Source: Blastocystis sp. subtype 4
Lineage: Eukaryota
Direction of reading: 5' to 3'
DNA length: 49,853 nt
NCBI RefSeq assembly: GCF_000743755.1
Contig: NW_014569544.1
Coordinates: forward strand, 62,001 to 111,853
Shown here: one piece after another, positions 13,201-26,858 of the stretch
Position numbering within the stretch: position 1 is the first letter of the stretch
Layout: each line of letters opens with the position of its first letter
The notes under the pieces: generated by a model
What the model was told of the DNA's origin: nothing
Database searches by the model: none
Seen by the model: the letters and a program-made list of their open reading frames with translations, nothing else
Translations under genes and position numbers: made by a program

Positions 13201-16200
13201 CCACATGTCAAAATCGGCACTTCTTTTGACACTTCGTCGAGATTTGGATAGTGGAGGAGACGGTGGTTGGACACTCGGAGAAGGTTCAACAGAGTGATTA
13301 GATTGCGCGTCTTCGACAATCTCTCCATACCGTGTCTCCTCAGTGATCTCTTCCATCGTATCTGGAATCAAATTCGCTTCACGTTCAATCAACTTCTGTG
13401 GAATTGTACTGGACACATGAAACAGATCACTGATTCGCTTCTGACCGTCCAGACTACGTGACACCTTCATGAAACGACGCAACCAGTCTGGTTCCTTCAC
13501 TCGATCCACTGGATTTGCAATTCCTTGAAGTCCCGCGGGAATTGTGATGATCTTACGGATGGCTGTAGAGAAGCGATCAATGTAATAATCCCAATCAATA
13601 AAAAATCTCATATCAAAGTCTGTGATACTGTTATCTCGAGACCACTTCCGTAAGAAATAGTCCCGAATTTTGGAATCTGTATTGAAGATGGGAGTTGGAA
13701 TAGCTCTGTCTGTTACAGGTAAACCAGGAGGAAATCGTGATATAATCATTGTACATGACGTACCTGCTGACTAGCCAATCATATCCCAGTGAAACGCCTA
13801 CTCGAACCATATCATCACCCAAAAACTCAGCTAATCGCTTAGCAGTAGTAATACCAACACTCTTCTGTTGCCCATAGTCTTCCAGTTGTCGTGACATTGC
13901 TTTAGACTCACTAATAAGTTCGAGGAGCTCGTCATCTTCCAATCCTTCACCCTAAACTGAATCCTTCAGTCAATCTCTACTTGTGCAAAGAGAACATCAA
14001 GCCAGTAATTAGCGACCTTAGCAACTTCAGAGTAACAGGATTCAAGATCGTTCCCCAGTAAAAAACGTTCAAATACTTGGGATTGAAAGATTTTGATGAT
14101 CTGAAGTTCACCCCTTCGCTTCAATTCAAATCCTTTCAGTTCTGCTAAGGATCCATCAAGATTAAAAACAGCATATCTAATGATGATCATTCTTACTCTC
14201 TCTTCACCTCTTCTTCAATAAACGACCTTCTTCTGTTGATGCAGGAAGAACCATAGCACGATATGGCCCATCAAGTTCGAAGAAAATGGAGTTTTCACTT
14301 CGAGTATTAAAAATATGATGAATAGGATCAACTTCTGTTTGATATCTAATGATCAGAGATCATTCAGATGTGTACTGATAGTTGGTGTGAAGTTGATGAA
14401 CTTGATAGTTCAACATAACACAAGGATAGGCCATTGGATAACTCTTACCATCGCGAGTAATCCATTTGAATGTCTGAGGGAAACTAGAAGGAAGAATACA
14501 CCAAATACCATCTGTATCCAATTCTAATGGTCTTCCAACACGTTCTACAAGTTTGCGAGCACCCTTCAATGAATCATTCTCTTTCAATCCTACTGTGATA
14601 ATCGATCCACCAAGAAACGTAGTAACTCCAGCCATCTCCATCGATCGCCAACGAGCTCCCTTCCTCATTACATATCCATAAAAGCTATTCAGAATGCATT
14701 TATGGGCCAATTGAAGACTATCATACAACAGAACCATGGCTTTAGCTTCTGCAATTTTCACAGGGTAGTAATTAGAGAAACAAGCAATGAATATGATTCA
14801 AGGATATATCACCAGTCTTTTCAACTTCAGCTACCTTCTTTGCTGCCATCTTCGTAAGCTTCTTGTATCTAGAAATGAGACATTCCAAGTACCACCACTC
14901 ATAACGACGATCACGAAACGCCTTCACCGTATTCACATAGAATGGATGTTCCCGTTGACAGATTGTAGCTTCACGAAGCTCAACCTTTGTATCCTTGCCT
15001 TTCTGGTACACCATACGACAGTAATTCTTCACACGTTTCTTCAATTCTGGGGGTAGAGTTGTTCCGTCCAGGACCTCACCATCACGTTCATACTGTTGTG
15101 AGAGCTGATCAAATTCCTGACGATTCAATGGCATCACATCGCCTCTCCATTTCCACGTCATTTGTCGTTTGCAATTGTCACATGAATTGTTATATGGACA
15201 AGATGCACACATTTCTCGAGTTCGAACAGCTGAAGGTTGCAATCGATTTGATAAAATGATATTTGGGTACATTGCTCCAACGTCCAGATGATAAATCACA
15301 GGTTTCTCACGTCGTTTGGGTCGATCTCGAAGTAATGACAACATATAGACTATTTGTTGTCTCACTTCTGTATAGTTCACCACTTCGAATCGCCTTAGTC
15401 CATTCTCAACTTCGATAGAAAATGAGAGTGTTTTATCGATCGAATGAATCATATCTTCATAAGTATTTGGATCCATATCAAACTGATATTCTAAATCATT
15501 CCTATAAACACCAGACTCCAAACATTCTACTGTTCCTCCGATGTATGTGTCAGATTCCAATAAGTGACCCTCATGAAATCGTATTGGTTCACCTATCTGC
15601 TTATTTGGGTAAATAATTCCATTTGAATATGCTTCTACCATCAACAGCAACTCACATAAGGTTCCAGAACCTTTTCTCAATACATCTTCAGAATTCAATG
15701 GAATCACAGTACACAATGAATAGATAAACAAATGAACATATTTCATATAGAGATAATACGTAGCTACTGCATCAGATACACTATAACTTGCCATATAAAA
15801 AGGATCTTCAACTGCATAATGAAGCATGTCCTCTGCGTTGATCTCAATTGGATCATAACCTAACTTTGCCTTTGTTACAGCCTTTAAACCTTGAGAGCCA
15901 TGAGGTAGATATGAATCACGTTTTACCCATGCAAACGCATCCAAATGAACTATCAATCATACACACAGATCAACCACACCAGCTGACCTCCCTCGGAATT
16001 CACCATTATTCTCACGGAAACCTGTTTCTGCTTGAAGATCAATTCCGTATACCTTAGAACGATCACGAATAAAAGGCCAATCAAAGAAATCACCATTAAA
16101 ACTGACAAATATATTGGGTTTTTCATCCTGTATATAATCGACATGATTTTTGGAATACATTAATTAGGGAGTAGAATCGACGAAGCAAAGCTTCTTCTGT

Positions 16201-17349
16201 AGGTTCGTTGAAGACATGAAAAGGACCCTTATAATCAGCATGAGGTGAATATCTAGAAGTTGTGAAACAATCTCAGACATACTCAAAATCATCAATGTCT
16301 TTACTTACAATCTCTCGATTGATAATTAATATTCCCCTTCCATCAATCATAATGGATATCATATAAATAGAGTCAACTTCAGCATTGGGGAATTTCAATG
16401 GCGCTTTGCTACACTCGATATCAAATGCAAAAACTTTTGGATTTGATGGTGTTAAGATGTGTTCTTGACGAGTTACTGTAATTACACCTCGATCGGAACT
16501 GACATCATACCAACATCCCACTCGAATATTCAAATCAATACATACACGAGCTAGATACGGAACATCATACTCACGAATGTCGATCACTTGAGAAAGTGGA
16601 TCTTCAGAGAGAAGACGAGTATGAAGAGCTGTATCTTCTTCATTAAATGTTTCCTCCTCCATCGCTATAATGTGATTCAACTATTGAATGCATACTCAGA
16701 TTACTCCGATTGTTCGATTTCAATGCTTCCATAATGTCCTTACGAATATCCATCAAACTACTAACATTATAAAACAGTAATTGAATGTAAGTAGACGCTC
16801 TAACCATGAATGAACACCTAAGAACGTACTTTCCTGTCATATGCTCAATTTTATCGAGGTCCATCTTTCCGACAATCTTAGCTTCATAGAGCTGTTGCCG
16901 ATACTTGCGTTCCAGATAGGAGGCAACGATCTTCTCACTATTCTTCTTTACAGCAATATAGAAATAGGGCCTATAGTGTAATTTCTATAAATAACACGTC
17001 CTACGGAGTAACAATAGTTGCTTTAAACAAGTTGCCATTCTGTTCAATAAAGAAACATTCAAGACCAGAACGATCGGGAGAACCTTCTTTCGTGACAGTT
17101 GTATTCACCAAATTCAAAAGCCAACCCAAACGTTTTGGTCCTTCGGTGTAAGTCTCATATCCGAACTCTAGAACATGACTCAAATCCAATAGATTCGTTA
17201 CTTTGATCAAGAGCATCATTCTTCGCATTCATGTTTCCTCGAACTCCTTTCGATTCGGTAGGAGTTGTATTGAATAGATCCTCAATCTCATAATCGGAAA
17301 AGCTTACGTCCTCGTCCTCTTCCATCTTCGTTGACGAATACTGTGTCAT
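10214..17349 (-). CDS. POLE: DNA polymerase epsilon catalytic subunit
   Basis: Exo [77 protein letters not shown] and C-terminal Cys clusters; many short introns. Confidence 0.97.
14765..14807 (-). other. U12-type AT-AC intron (43 nt) in POLE
   Basis: 5' ATATCCTT, TCTCTAAT 6 nt before the 3' end (TAC). Removal gives [26 protein letters not shown] in frame. Confidence 0.85.
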
Positions 17350-17399
17350 TAAACGAAAGCGTGGGAACTTGCCTCCAAAATCAATTCTCAACAAACAAA

Positions 17400-20389
17400 T
17401 CAAATGAACTTGTCTCTTAAAAATGCTGCTATCGAAGGCTTCATAGAGTCTCGGAATGCCGTCTTTACCTCAATACGCTCATAAAATTCAGCAAATGTCT
17501 GCTTGAAGTGTCCTGGAACCAATTTTTCGACTTCCTTGATTACCTCCACCTACATCTCAAGTCCTTTCACCGCTTCTCACCCAGTTCTCACCAAAACCCG
17601 CAGTAGCAAACGAATTCAGATTCTTTTTCAAAATGAATCCAGTTCCAAAAGATGCCACCAATTCCTGCTTGTAAGTCGAAATACTTCTTTCTGTAACTAC
17701 TCCAATTGCCGGCTATAATGAAGGAATCAAAAAGTAAGGTGTCAGTATTCAGGATATATTCGTTGAAAAGTACTTAAACAAGTACATAATATTCTGTGTG
17801 AGAATCAGACAATTATCACGTGTTACGTATTGAATCAAATAAGCAAGAATAGCATCATCCTCAATTCCACTTAACGCTGAGAGAATGAAGGTATTCTGGT
17901 TGTCAAAGGAACGAGAAAGGATAGAATTAACTTCATTCTGATAATTCTGTGAATTCACATGTCGTTGAAGATAACGGAACATTCGTATTTCTTTCCATTC
18001 TTCCTCAATTTCTTGAGTCAAATTATCTCCAAATCGATCATCCAAATACTCTTGTGTTCGTTTGTCCTTGCATCGTGTTAGCAGGAATAATAGATCCTTC
18101 ATCACAGAACGCTCCGTCAGAGATAGCGAACTCCATTCGTGAGAGAAGACTCGATCACGAGCAGGTGTCAACACTGCTATGATAAATGGAGAAAGCTCGT
18201 TTGCCTGCTCACTCAGAAGTTGTCGAAGTTCAGTGAGAATAGAGACAGTGAGAGAGATGATATGGAGATTGGGAAGATGAGAAGACTGTTGGATCAGTGA
18301 GAACAACTAGAAATAAAAGAGAAGAAGAACCCAAACATCCTGAATGGAACCTTCACCTTTCTTCAGTAACAAGAACTGACTTCGTAACTCCCGTACAATC
18401 TCTTCAGAATCCATCTGATGCAGTGAGTCAGTTGAAAGCTGTCGGATTACTGCAGGCAGATATGGTGAGAGATGAATAACAAACGATGTGACATTGGGCG
18501 GGAGAATGACAGTCTTAGTAGGATGATTGAAACTCACTGGAAGAGTCTGTTCACTTGAATCAGTCAGAGTGAGACTCATTGTCAGAGAGATGGTAAAATG
18601 AGAAGGAATATGAGCACTGGAATGTAGAATGCACTGTTTCTGTACAAATGAAACGGATTGAATGGTGTGTGAACGAGTGTATGTAGGGAAAACAGTGATC
18701 AAAGGGAATCCTGGTTGTTCCAACCAGGAAGTGAGGAAGGAAGAGAGAGTTGAGAAAGAAGGATAATGGATTTGTCTGAGGAATGCAATGAATGAGTTTG
18801 AGAATGATTCCGTTGTATAGGTTCCATTAAGGGAATGAAGAAGAAACGAATTGATAAACAAACGGAAATGATCTGTGTTGTTGTATTGAAGAGAAGATTG
18901 TAAGGAAGTGAACAGCATTGCTGACTAGACTTAAGACATGTATCATTCTAAGACCTTCGTATAGGATAGAGCAGAGAAGCTATTGACAGCATTCAAACCA
19001 CTTAAACCATCTATCTTCAAAGCTGAAGAGTAACTATAAGCATCATAATCATAGTATTCTTCAATATCATGCAATAAGAACCAATCAATCTCTCTGCATA
19101 TCATTCATATATCATTCTGTACGCATTCAGAGCTTCATGAAGGATTTGATAACTAATCATCATTCAATATTGCCATGATTACCCATACATCGTTGCAAAT
19201 CCTTCTTGAATAAACACATCACTCCAGTCAGATGTTGTTACTGCATCACCAAACCACTGATGTGCTATCTCATGTGCTACGACATATGCTACACGACGCT
19301 GCTGATCTGTATTGGAACTCTCGCTTATCTGAAGGTATTCTCCACGGAATATCAACAGACCATAATTCTCCATTGCTCCAGCTGCAAAGTTCGGGGACAA
19401 TAACAACTGGAGATGAGAAAGAGGATAAGAAGGAATCAGATAGGATTGAAAGAAATCAAGACTTCTTTTGGCAATGGAAGAAGCAAATTGGAAATCAGAT
19501 GCATTATACCCTGTGAATGATGAAATAGAAAGAATAGATACACCGAGGAAAGACTGTAACGATTCTAGTACCGGCTGCTGACGAATCAGTGATCCATTGA
19601 AAAGGACCGATTCCAAAGGCCACTAAATAAGCAGACATTTTTGGAGATTTTGAAAATGTTACAGTTTTGAGTTTCTCACCTGAATCTGACTCTGAGAAAG
19701 AAATCGACTCCTAGAATGAAAACAAAGCAGAGATATTACGGACTGCGTATTAGATACGATATCCAGATCATAGGGAGCAGTAACAGTAATAGTAAAGGGC
19801 ATCTTCACATTAGGTTCATCGAACGTAGGGAAGCATGTTCGTGCATAATTGGGTTCGAATTGAGATATGATAAAAGGATGACGAATCCCAGAAGTGTCAT
19901 TCACATAGGTAAGATAACAGCCCATCAAATCCTTTCGAATCTGACTTCCAAAATCCATGAAGAGTTGGTACAAACCAGAAGGAATCACTTGACCCAACTT
20001 GATGATAACAAGTTGATTCTCTTCGTCAATATGATATGTTGCGATTGGAATGGATTGATTGAGTGAATCAACTAGATTTGCAGAGAAGAGATCCCAAATC
20101 ATATCCGCTGCACTGATTCGGATGGATTCAACTTGTTTTGTTACGTTCAGAAAAATCGTTGTGTGTCCCTCAATCAGTTCTTTCTTCACATCAAACGAGA
20201 TATACAACAAAGTATCATAGGGAATAATTTCATTCTGGAGAGGATATTTCTATGAGTCAGACAATAAAAAGAGAAGGATACATAGGTTTCATTCGTTGTA
20301 CGATGAGTTTGATACGTTAAAAAGACTGTACCAAGGATAATAGCTATCAGTGGAACGATAAAGTTCAGATAGCTGGAGCAAAAGGACAT
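17400..20389 (-). CDS. M1-family aminopeptidase with N-terminal membrane anchor
   Basis: SQFEPNYARTCFPTFDEP, GAMENYG, VVAHEIAHQWFG with downstream EG, WLEQPGFP; hydrophobic N-terminus. Confidence 0.92.
17713..17757 (-). other. U12-type AT-AG intron (45 nt) in the aminopeptidase gene
   Basis: 5' ATATCCTG containing an in-frame TGA, TCCTTCAT 5 nt before the 3' end (TAG). No in-frame GT donor seen nearby. Confidence 0.75.
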
Positions 20390-20524
20390 TTTGGAAGTGA
20401 TTGGGAGTTTCAGCTCTGATCAGAACAAAGTTGCCGGCCACTTTGCGGCCACTGAATGTTAACAAAACTACGGAACAGAGCATTGGGACGTCAACTGCAA
20501 AAATATATTTGGTATCAGTGGACA

Positions 20525-21908
20525 ATGGAATCAGAGACTCTTTGTCATTACAGTAATGTTTCAAAAGAAGAACAAAAACAAAAGAAGTAAGTAATGGGGG
20601 AAATGATCATGGTTCGTAGAATTGAATTTGGAAAGAAGAAAAAGAGGGAAAAATCGATTGAGTTGAGGTATGTTCACTCTAACGGAATGATCTGGTAGAA
20701 GGAGGAAACGCATTGAGGAAGCTCAAGCGAGGGACACAATGTTGGATCAAATGACAGAGGAGGAACGAGTTGCCTGGACGCAAGCTCGACTCCAACGCGG
20801 TAAGAAACTTGTTTTGGATAGGAGTGTAGAAGCAGCTCTGGAAGCAGCTCTTGCCGATGGCGTTAAATATGGACAACGTATTGCAATTGATGTGAATTAT
20901 CAAGAAAGGATGTCCACGTTTGTAGATTCCTAACAAGGATGATCATTCATAGGAACAGAATTCTCTTGTAAAGCAACTATGTTTTAGTCATAATGCAAAT
21001 AAGGTGGCCTCCAAGCATATTTCACTCCATGTTTGTGGAATGATATCCTACAGTTTGCTGTTGTTGACTCCTTGATTCCAGTCGCCTAAAACAAATAAAA
21101 TGCTCTTTGATAATGGTGCTCAGAATTGGCCAGCTACCTTTCATAGCTCCACTCTGTAGGAGATGTGTTGCTGTACTAATCTAGTGAGAATGTATTTTCA
21201 CCTACGGAGATGATCTATCTGTCTCCAGATGGAAGTGAAGAACTTCTCTCTCTGGATAGTAGCAAAGTATATGTCATTGGAGGTTTTGTGGATCGTAGTG
21301 TGAATAAGGTGAAGACATGGTATTATTCTGAAATCTAGAATCAGAGTGCAATTCGAGCCTCAGAATTGGGAGTTCCTTCTTGTCGACTTGCTTTGAAACA
21401 ATTCTATCCAGAATGTACTAACCCGGGTCCGTTCATATAATTCGTATGATTTGTAGTGATGAATGTGAATACTGTTGTCGAGATTCTCATTTCCTTCTTA
21501 GAAACTGGGGATTGGCGCGAAAGTTTCCAACGAGCCGTTCCTCTTCGAAAGACACGTACTAAAGACAACACAAATAATGAATATGACTACAAACTCATTC
21601 AAACAGAAGAAGCACTTCTCTCCCTTCCAATAATACGATTAACCAAATTTGAATTTAAGAATGTTCTACATCGATATTGTGTGAAGCATCAAAAGAAATT
21701 GTCTTTTGAAACAGACGAATACGATTTAAAGAATACAACACTTCCGAAGAATGAACGAAGTCGATTTGTCGTGAGAGTTCTTATTGATGGTAAAGTGGTG
21801 GGAGAAGGGAGAGGAGGAAACCTACGAATTGCATCTGCATATGCTTCATGGAGAGCTCTTAACGAATGTGGAGTGTATAATGACGCTGCTGAAACCTTTA
21901 GTGAATGA
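20525..21908 (+). CDS. TRM10: Trm10-type tRNA m1R9 methyltransferase with C-terminal dsRNA-binding domain
   Basis: IAIDVNYQERM, IYLSPDG..YVIGGFVDRS, RLAL, VMNVNTVVEIL..GDWRESFQRAVP motifs. C-terminal FVVRVLIDGKVVGEGRG..AS..ASWRAL fits a dsRBD. Confidence 0.85.
21043..21081 (+). other. U12-type AT-AG intron (39 nt) in Trm10
   Basis: 5' ATATCCTA, TCCTTGAT 5 nt before the 3' end (CAG). Contains an in-frame TGA; removal gives HVCGM|SPKTNK. Confidence 0.75.
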
Positions 21909-21910
21909 CC

Positions 21911-21918
21911 TGTTTGTT
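21911..21918 (+). promoter_or_regulatory. TGTTTGTT polyadenylation element (representative copy)
   Basis: The same or a near-identical motif follows most gene ends: about 1507, 3891, 17397(-), 25326, 29066, 32857(-), 36503, 40401, 41462(-), 44788, 47076, 49190(-). Confidence 0.85.
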
Positions 21919-22089
21919 CAATTTACATGAAGGTATCCCTGTTATTCACAGTTTTCACTCGACTTCATTAAAGGATGGGACCCCAAACAATGTAATTCTT
22001 GTATAACGGTTTTTCAAGTCTTTTAGCCAAGATCCCAATCTCATAAATCAACCCACTCAGAACATCAGGGGATCCGTGACTTGGACAAG

Positions 22090-25000
22090 ATGGATGGAAT
22101 GGTAAATGAACTACAAAAAGCCCTTGAGATTCTCTTCTGTAATGCTCCGGGTACTAATTGGAATATCAGCGATGACACCAAGGTGATCAAAATGCGGCAA
22201 TTCGATGGATTCAACAATTTGCTAATTCGGAGGCGGCGATTGAAGTCTCTCTTCGGCTACTCGAATCGTGTGGTAATCAGAGCAATGCAATCATTTTTGG
22301 CATTATGAAGATTCTTGTCCAACACATCCTCCTTAGTTGGGTCACAGTCATATCCTATACAGTTTCCTATCATGCATCCGTTTCCTTTATTGCCTAGTCC
22401 AAAATACAACTCGAAACAGTGATGACAACTCTGATGAATCTGTGTTTACGGAATGACAACTTATCACAACATATTTTAGACTCCATTATTGATCTCATGT
22501 CTGCTATTATTCTTTTGTATCAAGAACCTGATGTAGATCTGCTTGGTAAGAGAAATCCGTTGTAACTAACTAAATAGAGACGATTTATTCTTACTGTGAA
22601 CATGGAAAGCTTGGAACACCGATCTATATCCAACTGTGCGCTAACTTTCCTCTAATTGCCAAACGGATTCCTCACTACTTTTGTACTTCTCAAAGAAGTC
22701 TTTTATTTTTAGCCTCTATTGATCAAGCAGCTTTCGATACAAAATGGTTGAAACTCCGCAATTTTTGTTTTCATTCAGTTCAAACAATCGCATCGTCAAT
22801 TTCAACAGATCAATTGCTCCAGTATCCTGCTCTCTTCCAAAGTCTCTGTCAACATCTCTCAAATTGGTACATGATGAGTTACAACGATAATTCAGCCCTA
22901 TTTGGTGATGAAGCCTTTTTCGAAGAAGTTGTAGATGATACTTCCGTATCCACCAAGAAGTCTATCCTTGTTCTCAATCTAATTCTTAGTATTCGCATCC
23001 AATTCGATCAACTCCACTCGTTTCCACTCTTTAGAACCATTCTAGATATAACTATGCGAATTATCCAAATCCTTCAATTGGATACATCTCCTGAAACATT
23101 ACAACAGTTCTCCTGGCCTCTTTCCTGTTCATTCTCGACGATCTATGATCTATTTACATTCCCTTCTCCTTCTCTTCCCCAACTTCGGAATCGACCTGAT
23201 GGAGGAAGATCATATTGTGCTACACTACGACAGTTGACAGACTGTCTACTCCAGTCAGTAACAAATCCTTGAAATGAATTATGATTAGCAATCGATTATC
23301 CTTTCGTTCCTTACTTCTCCAATCCAATATACACTTGAATATGATCCTATTCCGCGGTTTATTGACGCTCTTGGCAGACTTATCAGTGATCATGTTTACA
23401 TCATCAAGACTGAGACGGGTCTTCTGTCTCAAATCCTATCTCTTTATATCACCATTCTCCAAAATTGTTCAAGTCTTAATTACTGTAATCTTGTCACAGA
23501 TACGCTAAATGAACTCTTTATCAACATTCCAGAAATACCCTCGGATTGTGTCACTTTGATTCCAAATCTCATTCATGCTCTTGTAAAGTGTTCATCATTT
23601 CCTGAATCGCTTTTTGTCTCTAATTCCCAAGGATGTGATGATGAAGACATGATGCACAAACTCCGTCTGTCTTGTCAGGATGTAACTCTCTCTCTTGCAT
23701 CATCATCTGTTGGAGTTTTCACTATTGCTTCATCTCTCATCAGCATCACAGGATCAATCGCTATTCAAGAGAGTGTTTTGTGCTTGTTTCGTGGTATTGT
23801 GGATTCGATTGAAGAATCCTTGTTATCATTGTTCGTTGATTCACCATTTCAAGATGATTCACTCAATTTCCGAATTACAAAACGAGCAGACATTCCTACC
23901 ACTCCAGTTGTAACAAAATATGATGAAATTCTTGAATATGTCTACCAACACATGAATGAATACACAGTTCACCCAATTCTTCTTTCAACCGCTCTTCAAG
24001 TCATGTTTTCGTTTGATAATTGGACTTTTTCAAGAAGAGATCTCTGTCAACATCTCTTTACGTATGTCTTATCAGCATGTTCATCTTCGCCTATTTCTTT
24101 GCTCCCACGGTTATTCCAGTATATTTGCAGATTGTATGAGTCTCCCGTTTTGGTTGTAACACGAGAAATGATTGAGCAAATCTTGTCTCTTTCAGGATAT
24201 ATTGCAAATATGGAGGTGGAAAATGTTCAACATGATTACATGCAACTAGTGGCCACTTCAATTTGTTACATAGATGAGAATCAGACACTAAATGTGTTGT
24301 TGGAGGTTGTTACTCCAATATGTCAATCAATCAAATCTGGATCTGATTCGCTTTCATTTCAGATGATTTGTCTTACTGGTATCCTTGATGGCTGTTTGAT
24401 AGAATCATTGGCCAACCAGATCGCTTCCACAGTTCTTGCCTCTCTCCAATCAGTCTTTTGTTCGTTGTCTCAACAGCACAGTCCACTTCTCCTTCATGTG
24501 GTTCATGTGTGTAGGGCAATTGTACGAGCTGCCCACATTCAGTTGGATAAACAGAATGCCACAATTATTCTGAATTTCTGCAATCAGTTGGTCGGAGTGG
24601 AAGAATTTCGCGATCAGACTCTGGAAGTGATTGAAATCCTTCTTAACGACTCTTTTCAGATAATCCCCGTGGAACAACGTCTTCCGCTTTTTACAACAAT
24701 CAATCAACTGTATTCTTGGAATATCCAAAATCATACTGTTAAAGCGAATATTGATAGTATCAAGTATATTATTCATATCCAGTATGTATTTTTGAAGGAA
24801 GATAAGGTGGATGTGGCTCAGCAAGAAATGTTGATTATGATCACCCGTCTTCTGATTGCTACTATTCGGGAAATGGTTAATGAAGAAGAGTTAATTCGAG
24901 TTGTAATTCGATCCCTTGTTTATCTTGTCATTGTGGGTGTATCTGTTGAATGTGACTTGTAGAACTACGGTCAGCTCATATCTGAGTTATATGCAAGTAT

Positions 25001-25313
25001 TCTAGCTTGTCATATTGAACTCTCCCTCTGGAGTGTATCCTCTCGGTTACGTACATTCATTATTGGGCAGTTAGTAGCCTTATTGCTTCCAGGAGGAGAT
25101 CTTCAACCTATTGCAGATCAAGCAATCCAGCAAGTGTTTGCAGATCCCAGTCTTTCTTGTTTATCCATGGTTTCGGCTCCCTTTAAGGAGAAATGTGCTC
25201 AACTCTTCTTAACGATTAAGAAGCCATCTCTCACCCGTTCAGTGGTGAGTGACTTGGAGTATGTACTGTTGGAACAGATGAGTGAAACTACTTTTGTGAA
25301 GAAGTACTGCTGA
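22090..25313 (+). CDS. Importin-beta/karyopherin-like helical-repeat protein (transportin-SR/importin-13-like)
   Basis: Spliced N-terminus ELQKALEILF..DQNAAIRWIQQFANSEAAIEVSLRLL resembles the importin-beta N-terminal domain. Long Leu-rich helical ORFs; TGA at 25311-25313. Confidence 0.55.
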
Positions 25314-25437
25314 TTTAGGTTTTTTTGTTTGTTACAAGCCTTCGCCATGAGGATGATTCTTCTGGAAAGTGGGAGTTTCGTGCAAGTGTAACTCCTGTAC
25401 GGGATCTACGGATTATTAATTTCTTTAATCTATTGCT

Positions 25438-26772
25438 ATGTCATATCCTGAACCTAATGTTGAATCCCAGTCTGGAAAGGAATGTAGTACGGGGGATGTA
25501 CAGAATAACTCCGTACAAGGCAATTTGGATCGCATATTCCGAGCTTATGCCCCTTCGTTTGTAACGGAGAAGGTTGACCAATTGCATGATAAAAGAACTG
25601 CATTGGATATTGCTGTAAGAGAGAAGATCAATAAGGTGTTCTCTGTTTGCGAACGTATTGTGGAACACTACATTCCCGATGAGTCGTTTGAGAGACCGGA
25701 GATGGATGAGAATACCGATGTGTTTACAAGGATGAGTTCGTTCTCACGAGAACTATCAACCCGTATTTGTGATAAGTTCCTTCCTTTCGTAAAAGTCGAA
25801 AAGGAGAAACTGCAAAAACGGTGTGAGCCAATGGATGTCAAGCCTCTTGTTGAGTCAATCAAAAATAAGGTGAAGGAGACTGTGGAACCGGTCTTTACTC
25901 CCTTTACTCCCATCATCACTCCTCTAGTCTCTCTCTTTCTGATCATCTTCTCAACCATATACCTTTTCTGTCGTACTGTATTTGTGGATCCAATGTTATA
26001 TTTGTATTCTCTCTATAAGAAATACTCAACACAAGTAAAGAATGAATTCATAGCTGATTCCGATGGAAACTATCCTATTGTTAGCAAGGCCACTACTGCC
26101 TATAACTATGTAATGGATGAAATCTATCCGATTTTTATTGATTCGGATGGAAAGATCACATTGGAGAAGTTCCAGTCTCTGTGTAAGACGAAGAGTGTGG
26201 AGTATCAGACATTGTTGAAGGAGAAGGTAACAGAGGAGAATCTGCGTGCCTTGCTTAGCAAGACAGAAGATGGTGTAAAGGCTGCAATGGCTCCTGTTCG
26301 AGAGAATGAGAAGATAGCAAAGGGATATTACGAGGAGTTGGTGAAGCTGTTCTCTGATGATGAAGGTCATTTTACAACAGAGAAGCTTACTGGTATGGTA
26401 GGTGAGAGTGGCTCACAATTGAAATCGATTCTCACCAAGGGAGTGAAGGTAATTAGTGATACTACTTCGGAGAAGGTGGAGAGTGTGAAGAAGGAGGTGC
26501 TAAATCGATGGGATGAGATGAAGACTAATGCTGTCTCGTTCATCTCTATAGCGATGGGCTTCGTTTTGTTCTTCCCTACGATCTCGTTCCTTCTAACAGT
26601 GTTTGTCTTGAGTCTCTTCATTGATATTGATGCAGTTGCTCCAAGTCCCACCATGAAGAAGATTTTGAGTGCGATTGATACGATGGAGGTGTCGAAGCAG
26701 ACTGAAGGAAGTGTAACAGAAGTAACTGTCAAGTACGATGATGCAAAGTTCTCAAGAAAAGAGGACAATTAA
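25438..26772 (+). CDS. Hypothetical protein, 444 aa, two hydrophobic segments, apparently intronless
   Basis: Long uninterrupted ORF with TGTTTGTG about 20 nt after the stop. Confidence 0.7.
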   Translation: MSYPEPNVESQSGKECSTGDVQNNSVQGNLDRIFRAYAPSFVTEKVDQLHDKRTALDIAVREKINKVFSVCERIVEHYIPDESFERPEMDENTDVFTRMSSFSRELSTRICDKFLPFVKVEKEKLQKRCEPMDVKPLVESIKNKVKETVEPVFTPFTPIITPLVSLFLIIFSTIYLFCRTVFVDPMLYLYSLYKKYSTQVKNEFIADSDGNYPIVSKATTAYNYVMDEIYPIFIDSDGKITLEKFQSLCKTKSVEYQTLLKEKVTEENLRALLSKTEDGVKAAMAPVRENEKIAKGYYEELVKLFSDDEGHFTTEKLTGMVGESGSQLKSILTKGVKVISDTTSEKVESVKKEVLNRWDEMKTNAVSFISIAMGFVLFFPTISFLLTVFVLSLFIDIDAVAPSPTMKKILSAIDTMEVSKQTEGSVTEVTVKYDDAKFSRKEDN

Positions 26773-26858
26773 TTGTATATTGAGTTTGAGAATGTTTGTG
26801 AATTATCATACGTCAATTCTTCCACGGGGATTGGCTCATAAACCAAACAACATAGAGA

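Noticed and set aside
16119..16175. Apparent non-canonical (CT..CA) 31-nt insertion in the POLE exonuclease domain
   Set aside because: A canonical 31-nt GTATTC...TACAG intron gives [17 protein letters not shown] with the correct spacing.
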